From Podarcis gaigeae (lineage: Eukaryota), in assembly GCA_964106915.2 (NCBI GenBank), contig OZ066924.1: 64,000 bases of DNA. One strand, given 5' to 3'. The notes below the pieces were generated by a model. That model saw only the letters and a list, made by a program, of their open reading frames with translations, searched no databases and had not been told where the DNA came from. This document shows, one piece after another, positions 50,696 to 64,000 of the stretch (its first letter is position 1; every line of letters starts with the position of its first letter). Made by a program: the position numbers and the translations under genes.

Positions 50696-50749
50696 ATGGG
50701 GAGAAAAAAGATTCAGATCACAAGGATTATGGATGAACGTAACAGGCAG
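50696..50749 (+). CDS. MEF2C: MEF2C first coding exon, CDS part (N-terminal 18 aa of the MADS box); the gene continues beyond the window
   Basis: ATG GGG AGA AAA AAG ATT CAG ATC ACA AGG ATT ATG GAT GAA CGT AAC AGG CAG|GTAGGT = MGRKKIQITRIMDERNRQ, followed by the phase-0 intron typical of MEF2 genes. Codon usage and the 5' context GAGAAGAAAAACGGGGACT-ATG match MEF2C rather than MEF2A/B/D (recalled). Confidence 0.96.
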
Positions 50750-53700
50750 GTAGGTTGCAAAATAATCCTCTTTGCACTTCATAGTCACTTCATGGCATAA
50801 GTCAGATCTGTGCTTTGGGGTTAATTTTTTAAAGGGCTCGAAAACATCACATCTGCATCATATATCTGACATTTACAGTAATATTCACATGCTATTGTCT
50901 GTGAAGCTTCAATATTTTTATGCATATTGTTGCAAGTTATACACTTTAAAAAACACTCTCTAGTTTTAATATAATACAAGATCCTTCTGCTGAGGATATA
51001 TCACTGTGACACCTGAATTGTTGTGTAAGATCAGCTCCTTTCTATCAATTGCAAACTACTATAATTCCAAAACTAACTTTGCTTAGATTGAGACTGTTGC
51101 CAATTGCAATGTCAATATTTATTTTATAAACCAGAAAAGCTCAAGGGGGTATGTTGTGGACCTGATCAAGCAAATTTTATTATTTTTCTTTGTATCCCCC
51201 CCTGTCAAAAATCTGTCATGGACTAGGGTTTTTAGTTATAAAATTTGCAGGCAGAATTTCAGTCCTGAAATACTACCAATAAATCTGACACCTATATGGC
51301 AACCATAAAATTGAATTAAGACTTTAAGAAAAGTTTGTTACTTCCGTTTTAAAGCAGAGTCAACCTTATAGTAGAAAGGTGTTTGCTTAGACAATCCAAT
51401 GTACAGAGCAAGAAAAGTACAGAAATAACAACAACAACATCAAGAAGAAGAAAAGCGAGACAAGCAAACAAGTAAATAACATTGTAGCTTCTTACCTATT
51501 CACGAAGTGGTTTGTGCATGTGTGTTATGATTATTTTTACTCTATCCAAACCTTCCCACAATATTATAGGATAGGTCATGATAACTGCATGTTAAACCGT
51601 TCTTTAACAGTGCAGATGTCACCGTAAAACACACTCATACTTGAATGTTAAGGCTTTAAAAGGCTCTGATCCAGAGAAAACTGTGGGTAACAAGGTGTTG
51701 CTGACTACCAGCGACAGGCAGGTAATAGCTATATGAATTATCCCCGAGGGATGCACATTCCCCTTTTTATTATAAAACTGATGAGAAGACATCCTCCCAT
51801 CTGCTCTGCGCAGTGCTGATGTCTGTGTACATTTCGATGCACATCCAATCTGTGCCAGCTGTGTGCTGAGCTCTGTATGCAGAGTTCTCACTGGAAGCCA
51901 TGTGTAGAGTCCCACATCCCAGCTATCTGTGCTGGGGCTCCTTGCACGTTTCACCTTGTTGTGTTCTTAGATTTCAATCCAACAAGGGCAACTTGTGTAG
52001 CTGGAAGCCAGCTTGTGTGCATGGCCCTCCGCTAGCTGATGAGCCACGTGCCCCTTGTAGAAAGAACCCAACATAGAAATAATTTATTGTTCTAATTTTC
52101 AAGCAAGCCTTGTATGAAATTTAAAACGCTGCAGTGCAGGCATAACTTGCCCTCTTTGTGGCAGAAAATCAAGTTTCAAATAAAGCAAACAATGATAATA
52201 TTTATGATTGATGCATTCTGAGTTTTCCCTGTAGGTTACTTGTTGCCCTGGGCCAAGCCAGAAAGCAATAAGTCTGTCAATACCAAACCACCATATTTGC
52301 TTTAATTGTTTATAGCTTAGAATTTAAATTAAAAATGGAATAGTGAGCAGCATTAAGCATTTAGACATCAGTTGTTTTGTCCATGAGTATATTGCCAGTT
52401 TGTGTAAAAAAAATAAAATGCCTAAATTAAATTAAATTAATTGTTGAGGGGATTAATATTTGGCAAAAAGGAGCTTATTTTGATTTGTACTATCTATTTA
52501 AAATATGGACAATAGTTCGGAAGCTATTATTTTATTCAAGTGTTACTTTATCAAGAAATAGAACACTCTTACTTCCCAGAATATGGAGGTCCATGGAACT
52601 GTTAATCACCTTTCCGCCAAGGTTTAGCACAATCATTTAACTCATTCATATTGAATCAATGGGTTTGGGCATGATTTTTGTCTATGGAATTGGCTTTCCA
52701 AGGCAGTTAGATTTGCGCAAGGTATTGCACAAAACTAAGTTAACCACCCTTTAGTCCCATTAAAATCAATGGGGCTAAGGGCTTGTCCCCACTTTCGCTT
52801 GCCCTGCCACTTTTCCCTGGGGAAGCATGCTACTTGCCTCTGAATCTGAGCAAACGTCAATCAGGTTTTCCATGAACTGACATTTGCCCCGGTTCAGCGG
52901 TAAAGAGCTGGTTCTCCTGGGGAAAGTGGTGGAGCAAACAGAGAATTCTTCTGACTTGTGCCTAGAAAGCACAGGGCAAGTGGAAAACCTCTCGGACCGA
53001 TGGATGAGCCTTTAGTCATGACTAGCTTGTTTCATTTTAACTTACTTCCTCAGGATCAAACCCACAGCTGCTCATTTTAGATTGTACAGTTTTAGGATCT
53101 ACGTGTTTGAGCTGTAGACTGTAGACAGTAAGATACAGTTAGAAGTCTTGAAATGAACTACAATATAAGCTTACTCTTTGGGCACTATAAAGGAAAGTTT
53201 CACATTCTTTATGAAGAAGAGCACTGGGAAGGATTGCAAGCATAAGGGGAAGGGGAAATGGCTACGTCCTCAGCATAGGAAGCATCCTCAGACCAAATTC
53301 ACCCACCTAACTGAATGGCAGGTTTTCAGAGAAGGGACATTCCCAGTCATATCTGGAGATGCTAGGAGTTGAATCTGGGGCCTTCCGCATGCAAAAGAGA
53401 TGTTCTACAACTGCGCCATGTCACTCTTCACTTACTGTGAAAAGACTATACAGATGACACGATTCATTCAAAGCTAAGCATTTTCAAAGTCCTGGTCACT
53501 TCCATGGTGAATTTCAGAAAGACTTGTTTCTTCTCTTGAAATCAACGAGGCTTGAACTTTGCATCCATAATGGCTAACTGAATGTGCTCTAGATTTCAAT
53601 GATTTAGTAGAGAGAGAGAGAGTGAAATCCTGACCTGGAAGGTGTCAGGATTTGTCTTTCCTCTTAAGCTAGCCCTGCAGTTGCAAGATGAACTCCTGAA

Positions 53701-54768
53701 ACCGATTTACATTTATGGCATTAAACTATGCTTGCCATTTTCCCTTTGTGACTGCATGTCACACATTCAAGTTTGTTCTCAATCTTCCCTCTCTACAACT
53801 TAACAATGTTAGAATTGTTTGACTAGTTTTAAAATAGAAGCTGAGATTCTCAAGACCTCAGGTGTATTTAAAGAACCCTAAAATCATATGCTGTGGCAGA
53901 TTTTTAGTAATGCTAAAAATAATCTAGTGCGATTTGAGAGCTCACTGAAGTAAAATTTGCAGGGTTCTGCAACCCTTGCTTTTGAATATATCTGTGTTTC
54001 GAAGTAACCCTGATTTGAATCCAGCTATGTAATACTCAGAATTCACCAAAATTGATGGACTTAGCTTTGAAATTAGTTGAATGCAACCCACAAAACTTGC
54101 TATTGTTTTAGGCTTATTTTTGCCAGAAGGTGTAGAAGGGAATGCCCAGGTAAGGAGTGTGATATGTGAAATGTAAAGACAAATTAAAGATATCCAACTC
54201 TGTATTTCCCACAGTACACTAATGTAGGGGCAACGGGTAAGAAATAAATTCAATCCTGTTTGCATTTATAGGCAAATATACCTAGTCTGCATTTTCCAAA
54301 ACAATATGAGAACTGAAACAGCCATCTTTGGAATTCACACTCCTCCAGTTCATCGCAGTTCTCTAGCCAAGTAATGTACAAAGATGCCAACATTTGTGAA
54401 AACAACCTACAGAGATGCATCGTATCAGGGGGAATTGCTTGCAAAAAATGTATATATTAAGCAAAACTGCATTAAAAATTTGGCTCTTAAAATAAATGTG
54501 CACTAAAATATCAATGTATTTTCACTTTTTTAAAAAATCAGAAAATGACCTGGAAATGTAGAGAAAATGATCAGGAACAGAAAGATTTTCTGATTCACTC
54601 ATACCTTAGGGGAGGTGGGGGACTAGCATATAGGAAGGAGAGTTTAAGCTGTCCCCTGCCAGCTAATTCTAACCTACAAATGCCTTCACTCCCTGGCAGT
54701 TTTAAATCTTCTTCCAAGCTGAGCTCTGAAACCACTAGTCAGGGGTAAAAGATGCAAGGAAGTCATTG

Positions 54769-55175
54769 CATAGAATCATAGAATTGTAGAGTTGGAAGGG
54801 AGCCCAAGGGTCATCTAGTCCAACCCTTTGCAATACATGAATCTCAACTAAATCAAACATAACAAATGGCCATCCAACCTCTGCTTAAAAACCTCCAAGG
54901 AATGAGAGCCCACCACCTTCCAAGGGAGTCCATTCCACAGCTGAACAGCTTCTACTGTAAGAAAGTTATTTCTGATGTTCAGTTGGAATCTCCTTTCCAT
55001 TGGTTCAGGTTGTCCCTCTGGAATGGAAGAAACAAGCTTGTTCCATCTTCCATGCGACAGCCCTTTAGATATTTGAAGATGGCTATCATATCTCGTCTTT
55101 TTCAGGCTGAACATACCCAACTCCGTCAACTGTTCCTCATTAGGCTTGGTTTCCTTAATCATCTTGGTTCCCTCC
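54769..55175 (-). mobile_element. CR1 LINE 3' fragment
   Basis: Minus ORF 54848-55216 contains LGMFSLKK...RFQLNIRNNFLTVEAVQLWNGLP...SLEVFKQRLDGHL. Inverted tail TAGAATCATAGAATTGTAGAGTTGGAAGGG. Confidence 0.92.
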
Positions 55176-57453
55176 TTGTTTGCAAATGAGAAGCAGCATA
55201 ATATCCAGGAAAACAAAGATTTGGCCTATTGTTCTATTCACACTCACCTGGGAGTGTTACAGAACTGAGTAGGATTTATATCCAAGTAGGCATACATAAG
55301 ATGGCACTGTTAGACTTCTTCTGGCTCACAACCCAGAGAAGGAGATTGCCTTTTCCAGACATTTCACTCTTAATATAATTTTATTCCTTCACAATGAAGA
55401 TACTGTTTCTTTTTGTATAAGCCTGCTTCGTGTAGCCAAGCACAGGAGTACAAAGTTGCAAGATGGTACCCAGCAACTCACGAAACCGTTTAAAATCACA
55501 AAATTAAAAATACAGTACAATAAAGTTTTGTGCAACTTTGTTTTTGCTGTTAGGAAGGGAAACATTTAAGAGAAATATATCAACTGGAGCAAGCCTTGTG
55601 AGTTAAAATACAAATCAGTAGATATTTAGAATATTTTTCTCAAAAGAGTTACCTTAACTCATTTAATGTAGCTTGAGCTTTCGTGGGGAAGAGATTTTCA
55701 ACACTGCAGTGAGACACTGACCCCAAAACAAAATCCTACAACAAACTCTGCTGCCAACTCTTTCCACACATATAGGACTGAATGATATAAATTACAGTAT
55801 TGCGTAGTTATACTACCACTGCAGTGTTTTTAGTTGATTGGCAAAGCAATTCTATGGTGGGGTGACAGGAGATCCAAAATGGAGTCCTGCCAGGTTGCAG
55901 AGAGGGGTTGACAGCTATATATTACCCTTTCCCCCTTACCCCTCCCATTGACTCAAATGGAGGGGATTTAATTTGGCAGCTCCAGTGCTAGTATAGCTTT
56001 GAGCTGATTTTGGCACTATATGAGGGGAACCAAAGGGACTGAGAAATCTGCAGATCTTTGGTTTCCCCCTGACCACTTCTCTACAATACCCCATTTCTGT
56101 GACAGTGGTGGGTCTTTACACGGCTGCATCAGGAAGGCCTCTAGTGGTGGACCTCTCTCTCCACCTGTAGGGAAAAAAAAGAGTTCTGCAGCAGCCTCTG
56201 GCCCCTCAATTGCCCTCCTAGAGTTTTGTTAGCGTCATCCATTAAAATCCCTTTACTGACTGAAAATATGGCCTTATGAATCAGGCAGCAGAGTCCCGTC
56301 CCTCTGAGCATTATTTTTTATTACAGGAAGATCAAAAACATAGTGGGTGGCAGCCATCTTCTTGACTGAGATGTTGCCCCAGCTCTCCTACACGCATTAG
56401 AATGCTCTTCAAATATGGCGTCTGTTGTGACACACATGGGCATCATCTGCAAATAAATGGGAACTGTTTTCTTCCTATTTTTTTATTCATAGGGAACCAA
56501 ATCAAGATGTGATACATGAGTTAAACAATTAAAAGTCATGTGAAGAAGATATCTTTAATTGGGCCATAACCTTAGTTCATATATGTACACCTTCTCCATC
56601 AATGCCCTTCTGTGGTTTGAATGTGGTGAACATTCAACATCTCCTTTTTAAAATTGTATTTATGAATGGATCGGACATTAGAAATGGACGAGAGAAACTT
56701 GTGGGGGCGGGATTTAGTCTTCCGTGGCATTCCATTTGTGACCTATACTTCAGGGGGGAATTTAAGAGACAGATAAAGTATGCTGAATGAATTCATCTGT
56801 TAATGAATTACCAGATCTGACACACTTTCTTCTGGTTTGAATCATGAACTCAACAGGCTAGGTCACTACAAACAGAAATGATCTCATGTATGCTGTGTCA
56901 TGCAAATTGAGCGCAAGCCTGCAAGTGTTTGGGGGGGGGGAGGCAGAATCCATCTTCATTTATGGGTTTCTTAACGGAATGTCATTTATGTTGATTTGAT
57001 AGATGGTGTCTCTGCTTCAATTGTGTGCTCGTTTTTAATTCCAGTTTACAAGCATGTGTGCACACACAGCCCTTCTTTTTCACTGTCTGCTTCGTGCATT
57101 AAATGAAATCTTCCCTATGAAAGCTAATGCCACAGTTCATACTCCAAGTCATAAAAATATGAACTAAGCATTGATTCCTATAAGCTTGTATTCTTGCTAT
57201 TATTTGTATCAAGACCTATTTTCTTCCTGATAGCTGTGAACAAAATATTCTACTTTTAAGAACAAATTCCATTTCTTTCTCAAAGTAGAAAACAATGTTT
57301 GCTTCTTCAGCCTAAGGACATTTTTTATTCCAAATAATTTAGTTGGGAATCACACATAATCACACCTGAAGTCATGTTTAGTTTTAGTGTCTGGGATCCC
57401 AGTTTGATTTTTTTTTTTTAATGCTCCTATAACACAAAGTATTATTCATGATA

Positions 57454-57495
<42 letters not shown>
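57454..57495. repeat. Compound (GT)n(GA)n microsatellite
   Basis: Direct reading. Confidence 0.95.
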
Positions 57496-57498
<3 letters not shown>

Positions 57499-57807
57499 AA
57501 CAGATTTTGAAGGCAATTGCTAAACAGATTATGAACATCGTGGCACTAGGCTGTTTGTACAGTACTACTAAACTATATTGGAGCACAATTTAGATGAACT
57601 AGCTTCAAATGATATATTTAGATCCCACTGCTTTTAATTGTTAGTATTATCAAGCAGACAAAGTAAAAAGCAAGCCAAGTCAGTGAGTTGTCACAGACAC
57701 AGGCAAAAGAAATGATCACTTCTAAAATTCATTTGGAAGGCCCTGAGGGAGTAAAAGCTGGAGGTGGGAAGCAAAACTAAAGTCATTGTGTGGAGGAAGA
57801 AGTTGCA

Positions 57808-57850
57808 CTCTTCCTGTTTTGACAGGAAATGGAGACAAATGTGCTTCCTG
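57808..57850 (-). promoter_or_regulatory. Likely orthologue of the Mef2c F10-44 early endothelial enhancer (FOX:ETS composite plus two ETS sites)
   Basis: Reverse complement CAGGAAGCACATTTGTCTCCATTTCCTGTCAAAACAGGAAGAG has three GGAA cores including AAAACAGGAAG. It closely matches the mouse F10-44 element as recalled and lies in the intron after the first coding exon. SOX-type CATTGT at ~57784. Confidence 0.8.
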
Positions 57851-58321
57851 ACCATTTGCTCAGTAGGGAATGAAATATTCTCTGACCTTTACCTCATGAA
57901 CATTTTAGCTTTGTTTTAACTAGTAAACATGTTTTCACCCCAAACATTTATTTGTATTTGCCAAAATGTAATATACGGCTGAAATGACACCCTCATTGCT
58001 TATGAGGGTGTGCAGCATACAGACTCATTTGCAGCGTGTGTGTAACGTTAAGCGGGGTGGATTCTATTGCAAATGAAATGTTCTCCTTAGAACTTTATAA
58101 CATACAGTTCTCCAAGGTGCAATTTCAAGCCCCACAAGATTCATGATTCATGTTCAATTTGGTATCTCTTTTGACCACCTAACTTTTCATGCATGTATGA
58201 TTGCCAGTTGCCAGCATGTGTTGGTGTGAGACAGCATGAGGGAAGGAAAGCAACTCGGAGTCCTTCCATCTTGCAGTGCATAACCACAAAATGCAGCTGC
58301 TATTCTGGCTTATGCTCATCT

Positions 58322-58505
58322 NNNNNNNNNNNNNNNNNNNNNNNNNNNNNNNNNNNNNNNNNNNNNNNNNNNNNNNNNNNNNNNNNNNNNNNNNNNNNNN
58401 NNNNNNNNNNNNNNNNNNNNNNNNNNNNNNNNNNNNNNNNNNNNNNNNNNNNNNNNNNNNNNNNNNNNNNNNNNNNNNNNNNNNNNNNNNNNNNNNNNNN
58501 NNNNN
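58322..58505. other. Assembly gap (184 N)
   Basis: Run of N. Confidence 1.
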
Positions 58506-59342
58506 AACAAGAGATATGAAATACTTCTAAACCTTTTAAATTCTGGATTCTTAAAACACCTGTTAATTAACATAAGTGTGAACTATCTCTCTTCCTGTTA
58601 CTCTTGAAGGCAAGTGTCATAACAGAGAACAGCAATCCTGTATTTGAAAACTCAGGACATGTACTGGGTTTTTGTTTTTTTTTACTAGATAGAGGGTGCA
58701 ATTTGAACAGTTTGGTTAACTCCGTGCTCCGTTATTTGTTTGCTACTATTCTTATGAGATGAAAGGAGAAGACCCTTTCTATGATGTTCTAGACTGTTCT
58801 GCTTTATCACATCTGTCTACAGTGTTAGAAACTGAGATATGAAATCTAGGAGTTAAATTACACCTTAAACCTAGGTTATGGGTGCCACCATGGAATGTCT
58901 AGGTGCACTTTTTTTATAACACGAATACAAAGCTGAAAATGAATGAACTTCAGCTTAAATCCTATGTTCATTTTTCACATGGTCTAGTATGAAGACTGCA
59001 AAAACCAAAACAAAGCCATGCTTCCCCTGCCCACCCCCTTAATATTCTTATGTGGGTCCCTCAAAACGCTGTCTTTCTGTAAGGCCAACTGAGAGGCAGA
59101 ATCTATCAGCTTGCTTGGTGCTGCAGTGATCTCCTGGAAGTTGAGCAGGCAGGAATTTCTCCTCCCACACCCTCAGCACCAGCAGTGGCAGTTTTAATCT
59201 AAAATCTTAGGCGCAGTACTGCGTCCAGAGCTCAGAAATTGCTCTCGCTAATGAAATTCCAAGTCGCAAAATGCGCCTAGAACAATGGGAGTTTTGAACG
59301 CTGCCTGTGTAATCCATTGCGCAGTTGAACTGGAATACAGTA

Positions 59343-59698
59343 CAGTGGTGCCCCGCAAGACGAACGCCTCGCAAGACGGAAAACCTGTTAGACGAAAGGG
59401 TTTTCCGTTTTGGAGGCGCTTCGCAAAACGAATTTCCCTATGGGGTTGCTTCGCAAGACGAAAAAATCTTGCGAGTCCCCACGGTTTTTTTTTTGCTTCC
59501 CCCCCCCTTTTCTTAAGCCGCTAAGCTGCTTAACAGCTGATCCGCTGATAAGCCGCTTAACAGCTGATCGCTAGAAGCCGCTAGACCACTGTAGCGCTAA
59601 TCCACTAAGTTGTCAATGGGCTTGCTTCGCAAGACGAAAAAACCGCTAGATGAAGAGAATCGCGGAACGGATTCTTTTCGTCTTGCGAGGCACCACTG
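59343..59698. mobile_element. Tc1/pogo(Tigger)-type MITE
   Basis: TIRs CAGTGGTGCCCCGCAAGACGAA ... TTCGTCTTGCGAGGCACCACTG flanked by TA, with internal reiterated TCGCAAGACG motifs. CpG-rich, so probably young. Confidence 0.92.
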
Positions 59699-62600
59699 TA
59701 TTTAGTTCTGAGTCCATTCATTTCCACTGAAGTCAGTGACACTAAATCAGTGTACATCTTAATACTTAGCAAGCTTGTCAATTGGCTGCTTGCAAGGTGG
59801 GGTATGTGTGCGATATATTATAGCCACAGCTTTACAGCATTCTCAGGCAGCTAGGGATCAGCATGCTTGTGCTGGTGACAATGGTTCTCTTCGCAGCCTG
59901 CCTCAGTGCTGTCTTGTCCCTGTGAATTATCCAGAAGGATTAGAAGAATATGGCAGCAGGCTGATGAAGTGTGCCTGGCTGCTCTTTTTAAAGATCCTTT
60001 CATTTAATGGGTTCTGCCCAGTCATTACACAAAGGAGGATTTGTCAGGGGAGAATCCTTCAATGATGCTTCGGCCCATCACTGCTGTGGAGTGTAACCAT
60101 AAAGCTGGTAGAAAAGGAGCCTTTGTTAAATCATGATTTGAAAACACAGACACACACACAAGGAGATGCAAACTTGGGAATCTCATTACTGCAGAAAGTC
60201 ATGTACAGCTTTTTATGAAAGCTAATTGTGCTTAACTGCTTTGGATGCTTTTTTAGCAAACACATGCAAAAATGTGATATCCTGGAATAAAGAGACTTTC
60301 TGGCTTTGGTGGGGAAATATATAGAAATATATAAGGAATGGGGGGGGGGGAGTGTTGTTAAACAACAGTAAGGAGTTGGATCCAGAATGAATTAGTCACA
60401 CTTGGGGCTTGTTGAAATCTATGTGAAAAGTTAGTCATCCTGGATTAATCTTAAATCCTGCTGATTGTCATGGGAATGAAATGCAAATAACTCAGCCTGC
60501 AATCCTAATTCCACTTACCTGAGAGTAAGGCCCATTGAATCTAGCAGGAATTGTAGACATGGTTAGGACTGTGCTGTTAGTCCAGATCCAGTGCAGCATG
60601 GCAAGCAATGTTAAACTGGCCCTTCAAAGTCCTTTGTAATCCTTATGAAATTATTTTAAAGCAAGGAAGCTTTATTTAAATATGCAAAATATTTAGCAGA
60701 CATGATTCCTACCTACACATCGTACGCTTATGTCTCTATAGAAATGCCATGGTATAATGGCTCTAGTTTGTAGAGCGAAAAAGGACTTAAAAGGTCACAG
60801 TGAGTCCCTTCTCCCTCTACACACTTGGTGGACATCAGCACTGCTATTATGGGATGGTCAAAATTATTCTGCCAGCTTACTAAAGGGAGAGACAGGAATA
60901 GTCCGGGGAGTGGGGGCAGAGGAGGGGCAATGACGACAACAACAACTACACCCTGTATCATTCCCTATCACCACAAGAGCAGATGACAAAGTGGGTAGAT
61001 TTGTGGCTTTTACCTTTCACCAGTAATTTTTGCTCCTACACGGAGCCAATTAAAGCTAGGAGTGGCACAGTATGTCATCTGTAATTTTAGATAAACATAA
61101 ACAATGGCCAAGTGCTGTTCCTTTTTTGCTACCACAAATTGTTAGGGTGGCTTCTAGGTGGAAGAAGTCAAATTTGTTATGTTTTACAAAGTTATATGTG
61201 AGGGGGACCTGCCTGCAAAACAGGGAAGCTTCATTCACTACAAAGCAAAAGGCCACTTGATCTCTGTCTGCAATTACCATACACATAGGATCATATTGCA
61301 GTTTGTATACAGATTTATATTTCAACAAGTTCTAGTCCTGTTCACTTTCACTAAGGCCATCTTCCACCACTTCTATTTAAGGACTAAGGACTCATTCATG
61401 ACCACTTGAGCCCATGCTTGCCTGCGCTGTTTTTCACTGATGCAGCCCAAGGTTGAGCCAGGAACTTGAAAGCTGCACACCATGTGTAAAATGAAGACAG
61501 ACTGGCTTTTTGCATGTCATCCCAACTGCTCAAAAAGCTAGGGTGGTTTGTCTATGATCAACTTAGATTGTGGCAGGCCGGCAGCATGAATGAGAATGAA
61601 CTTTTAAAAACCACAAGCTCAGATGGTCATGTGAATGATCTGTAGTGTTGTTTTCAGGGGGTGCAGCTGGCAATATATCCTTAGTGTGGTTCCCCTCTCT
61701 CATCATGTTCCCCTCTTCTTAGTGGGACTCCCCAACTCCATTGTCCATATCTTCAGCTCCTCCTTGCCATTGCTGTGACTTGCTCTCTAGCTAGAGAGCC
61801 CCAGTGAGCAAGCTGCTGTCCTCCCCATTGCTTTTATCATTTATTTGCTTACACTTTCCGAGTCAGAGAAAAAGGGTTAATGTATCTGGAACCCTGCAGG
61901 AGAAAGAAAAATAACTCAAGGGTAGAAGAGAGAGGATTTGATGAAGGCATGTTACAGGTAGAGGTAATTTTAGCGCGCACACACACACACATACACACAG
62001 TGGCTTCATAGCTACAAATTCCCCTTTCTGAAGTTGCCTTTTAAAAAAGGATGTTGGGGATTTACTTCAGTTGGTTTTGTGCCATTTCAGTAGCATTATT
62101 AGAAGACCAAAGGTGTTTTCAACTATCTACAGCCGGCCGGATGCAGTGATGTCTTATAACCAATGACTGCCATGTGAATTCCTTTTGCGTGTTTTGAATG
62201 TTAGTGAGATGTGAAGTTTTAGTTGTCTTTCCTATTTTGTCGTGCCTGGTGGCAGAGTAGGCCAAATGTCTCCCTAAGGAGGGACTCAGTTGAAACTTAG
62301 TGACGTGTGATATACTTGGAGGTTGCCTAGCACCTGTTTTGCTCTCCAAGTAAGAGCTGGTTTACACGTTCCTTTATTCATGTGTAGCAGATTTCCACCC
62401 GATGATTATTCTCACCATTGCTGTATCCTCACCATTGTTGCTACTCGGATCCTCTGGAATGCATGGGGAGTTTTTATGCCAGTACCAGATGTTCTTAGCA
62501 GCATCTGTTGCTTGTGCAGAAAGTCTCCACAAAATCCTGATGATCTGTGCGGCAAACCACACTAGACAATACAACCCTTGTTATGGCAGCCAACACAGAG

Positions 62601-64000
62601 AAGCCTTGAGCATATTGTAATGTGTAGACTGATATTAATTCTGAGTGGTAGAATAACGAAGTGCTCTATGAGAATTATTTTAATTTGAAGTTCATCTTTA
62701 GGAACATTGGAAGTTGTCTTGCACCATGTTGGAGCATTGGCCCATCTTGCTCCCTGGGGATTCAACAGATCTATCTGGAGATGCAGGGAACTGAATTTGA
62801 GACATTCTGTGTTCAAAGCAGATCCTTCTACTCAAGTTGTTGCTACAGGGTAACCTACAGGCCTGGACAGCTTCAAAATTTTCTTCAGTATCTGAGCCCA
62901 TGTTAGTTGTGTGTGTTTTCTTGGCAGCATTGACATTCTTCTGGGAAGACCAGTGCTCACAGTGGAAGTGAAGGGCACTGTCGGAAGGCATGATTAAGGG
63001 CACTGGAATGTTCTGGAGCACAGGAGATGTTGCAGCAGAATGGTGCTTCAGGAAGAGTAGCCAGAATTTGGGTTGCTAATTGAGGGAGACTGAAAAGTGG
63101 ATTAGCGAATAGAAAACAGCAAGTAAACAGAAATAGTTGACTAAAGCAAGAAGCAATAGAAATGATATAGGCTGTTGGTCAGTGGTAGAAATTTTGCAGA
63201 ATGTTGCAGGTTCAGCCTCCTGCATCTCCGGGAAGACTGAGAGATAACTGTGTCTGAAATCCTGCACAGCTTGTGCCAGTCAGTGTAGACAATGTCAAGC
63301 TACATAGGCTGATTCAGTATAAGGCTATCTTCTCATATTTGTGAAAGATGGATGGTTCTTGAAGCTCTGAGCCATTCTGGGACTGTACTGGGCCCAGTCA
63401 TACCAAAATGGGATAAGGAATACTTAAATGAAGACTTGACATTCCATAAGTGCAGCATGTTGCAGTGATGGGGGAAGTGTTTTGCTTCATACCCTAATTG
63501 CATCTTCTATACATGATTCATTCACAAAAGGGGGGGGCAAAAGAGAGAGAGAGACAGGCAGAGGGACCACTTACAGGACCACAAACCTAAGCATGCAGGC
63601 AAACAGGAAAGTGAACACACTCATTCTGACATGAGTGCACAGACAAAAATACCCCTATCGGTTTTCAAATCCCAAGAAATGATACACACCCACAATGTAG
63701 CAAAATGAAACTTGAGCCTGACCTTTTTCAAACTTTCCTTGCTGTTGCCTCACTTCTGGCTCTCTGCAAAAGAAGAAGGCACAAGCATGTTAACTTATTT
63801 CTCACAGGTCTTCTGGGTAAGAACTTAGGCAAATTGTTTGTTACAATCAGACTCTTCTCCCTGTCATATACTTCAACTCTCAGTACCTTTTGACTCTGTA
63901 TGGAAGTGGCATAATAGAGGAATAATCAACAACACTTGGAAATAGGCCAATAACTTGCACCGTAGATAGAAATCAGAAAAAGTAGTTGCTTCTCCAGAGT

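Noticed and set aside
59350-59690. CRISPR-like repeat/spacer array
   Set aside because: Spacing is irregular, it is bounded by TIRs and TA, and the context is eukaryotic; it is a MITE.
50750-64000. Second coding exon of MEF2C (VTFTKRKFGLMKKAYELS...)
   Set aside because: Not found by eye. It is probably beyond the window; the 184-N gap cannot be excluded but is unlikely.

Overview
Vertebrate genomic DNA from a squamate, probably a lacertid lizard (Sauria/POM-type SINE with (ACCTTT)n tail, tRNA-Lys/CR1-tail SINE, CR1 and L2 fragments, hAT and Tc1/pogo MITEs). The window covers the 5' regulatory half of MEF2C on the + strand: an internal non-coding leader exon (485-582), a CpG-island promoter whose first exon ends at 10038, a ~40.5 kb intron, and the first coding exon (50553/50556-50749; CDS 50696-50749 = MGRKKIQITRIMDERNRQ, start of the MADS box). 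The next coding exon is not in the window. Apart from degenerate CR1 ORF2 remnants, the listed ORFs look spurious, and the real 18-codon CDS is too short for the ORF track. The likely orthologue of the Mef2c F10-44 FOX:ETS endothelial enhancer is at 57808-57850, and an ETS cluster resembling the F7 enhancer is at ~46590-46730. The most interesting observation is a possible splice-controlled uORF switch. A tandem TAG-CAG (NAGNAG) acceptor creates an upstream AUG across the junction with the CpG-island leader only when the distal AG is used. That AUG is in the same frame, and uses the same stop, as the AUGs supplied by the other leader exon. Comparisons to human and mouse are from memory, not from a search. 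There are two assembly gaps.
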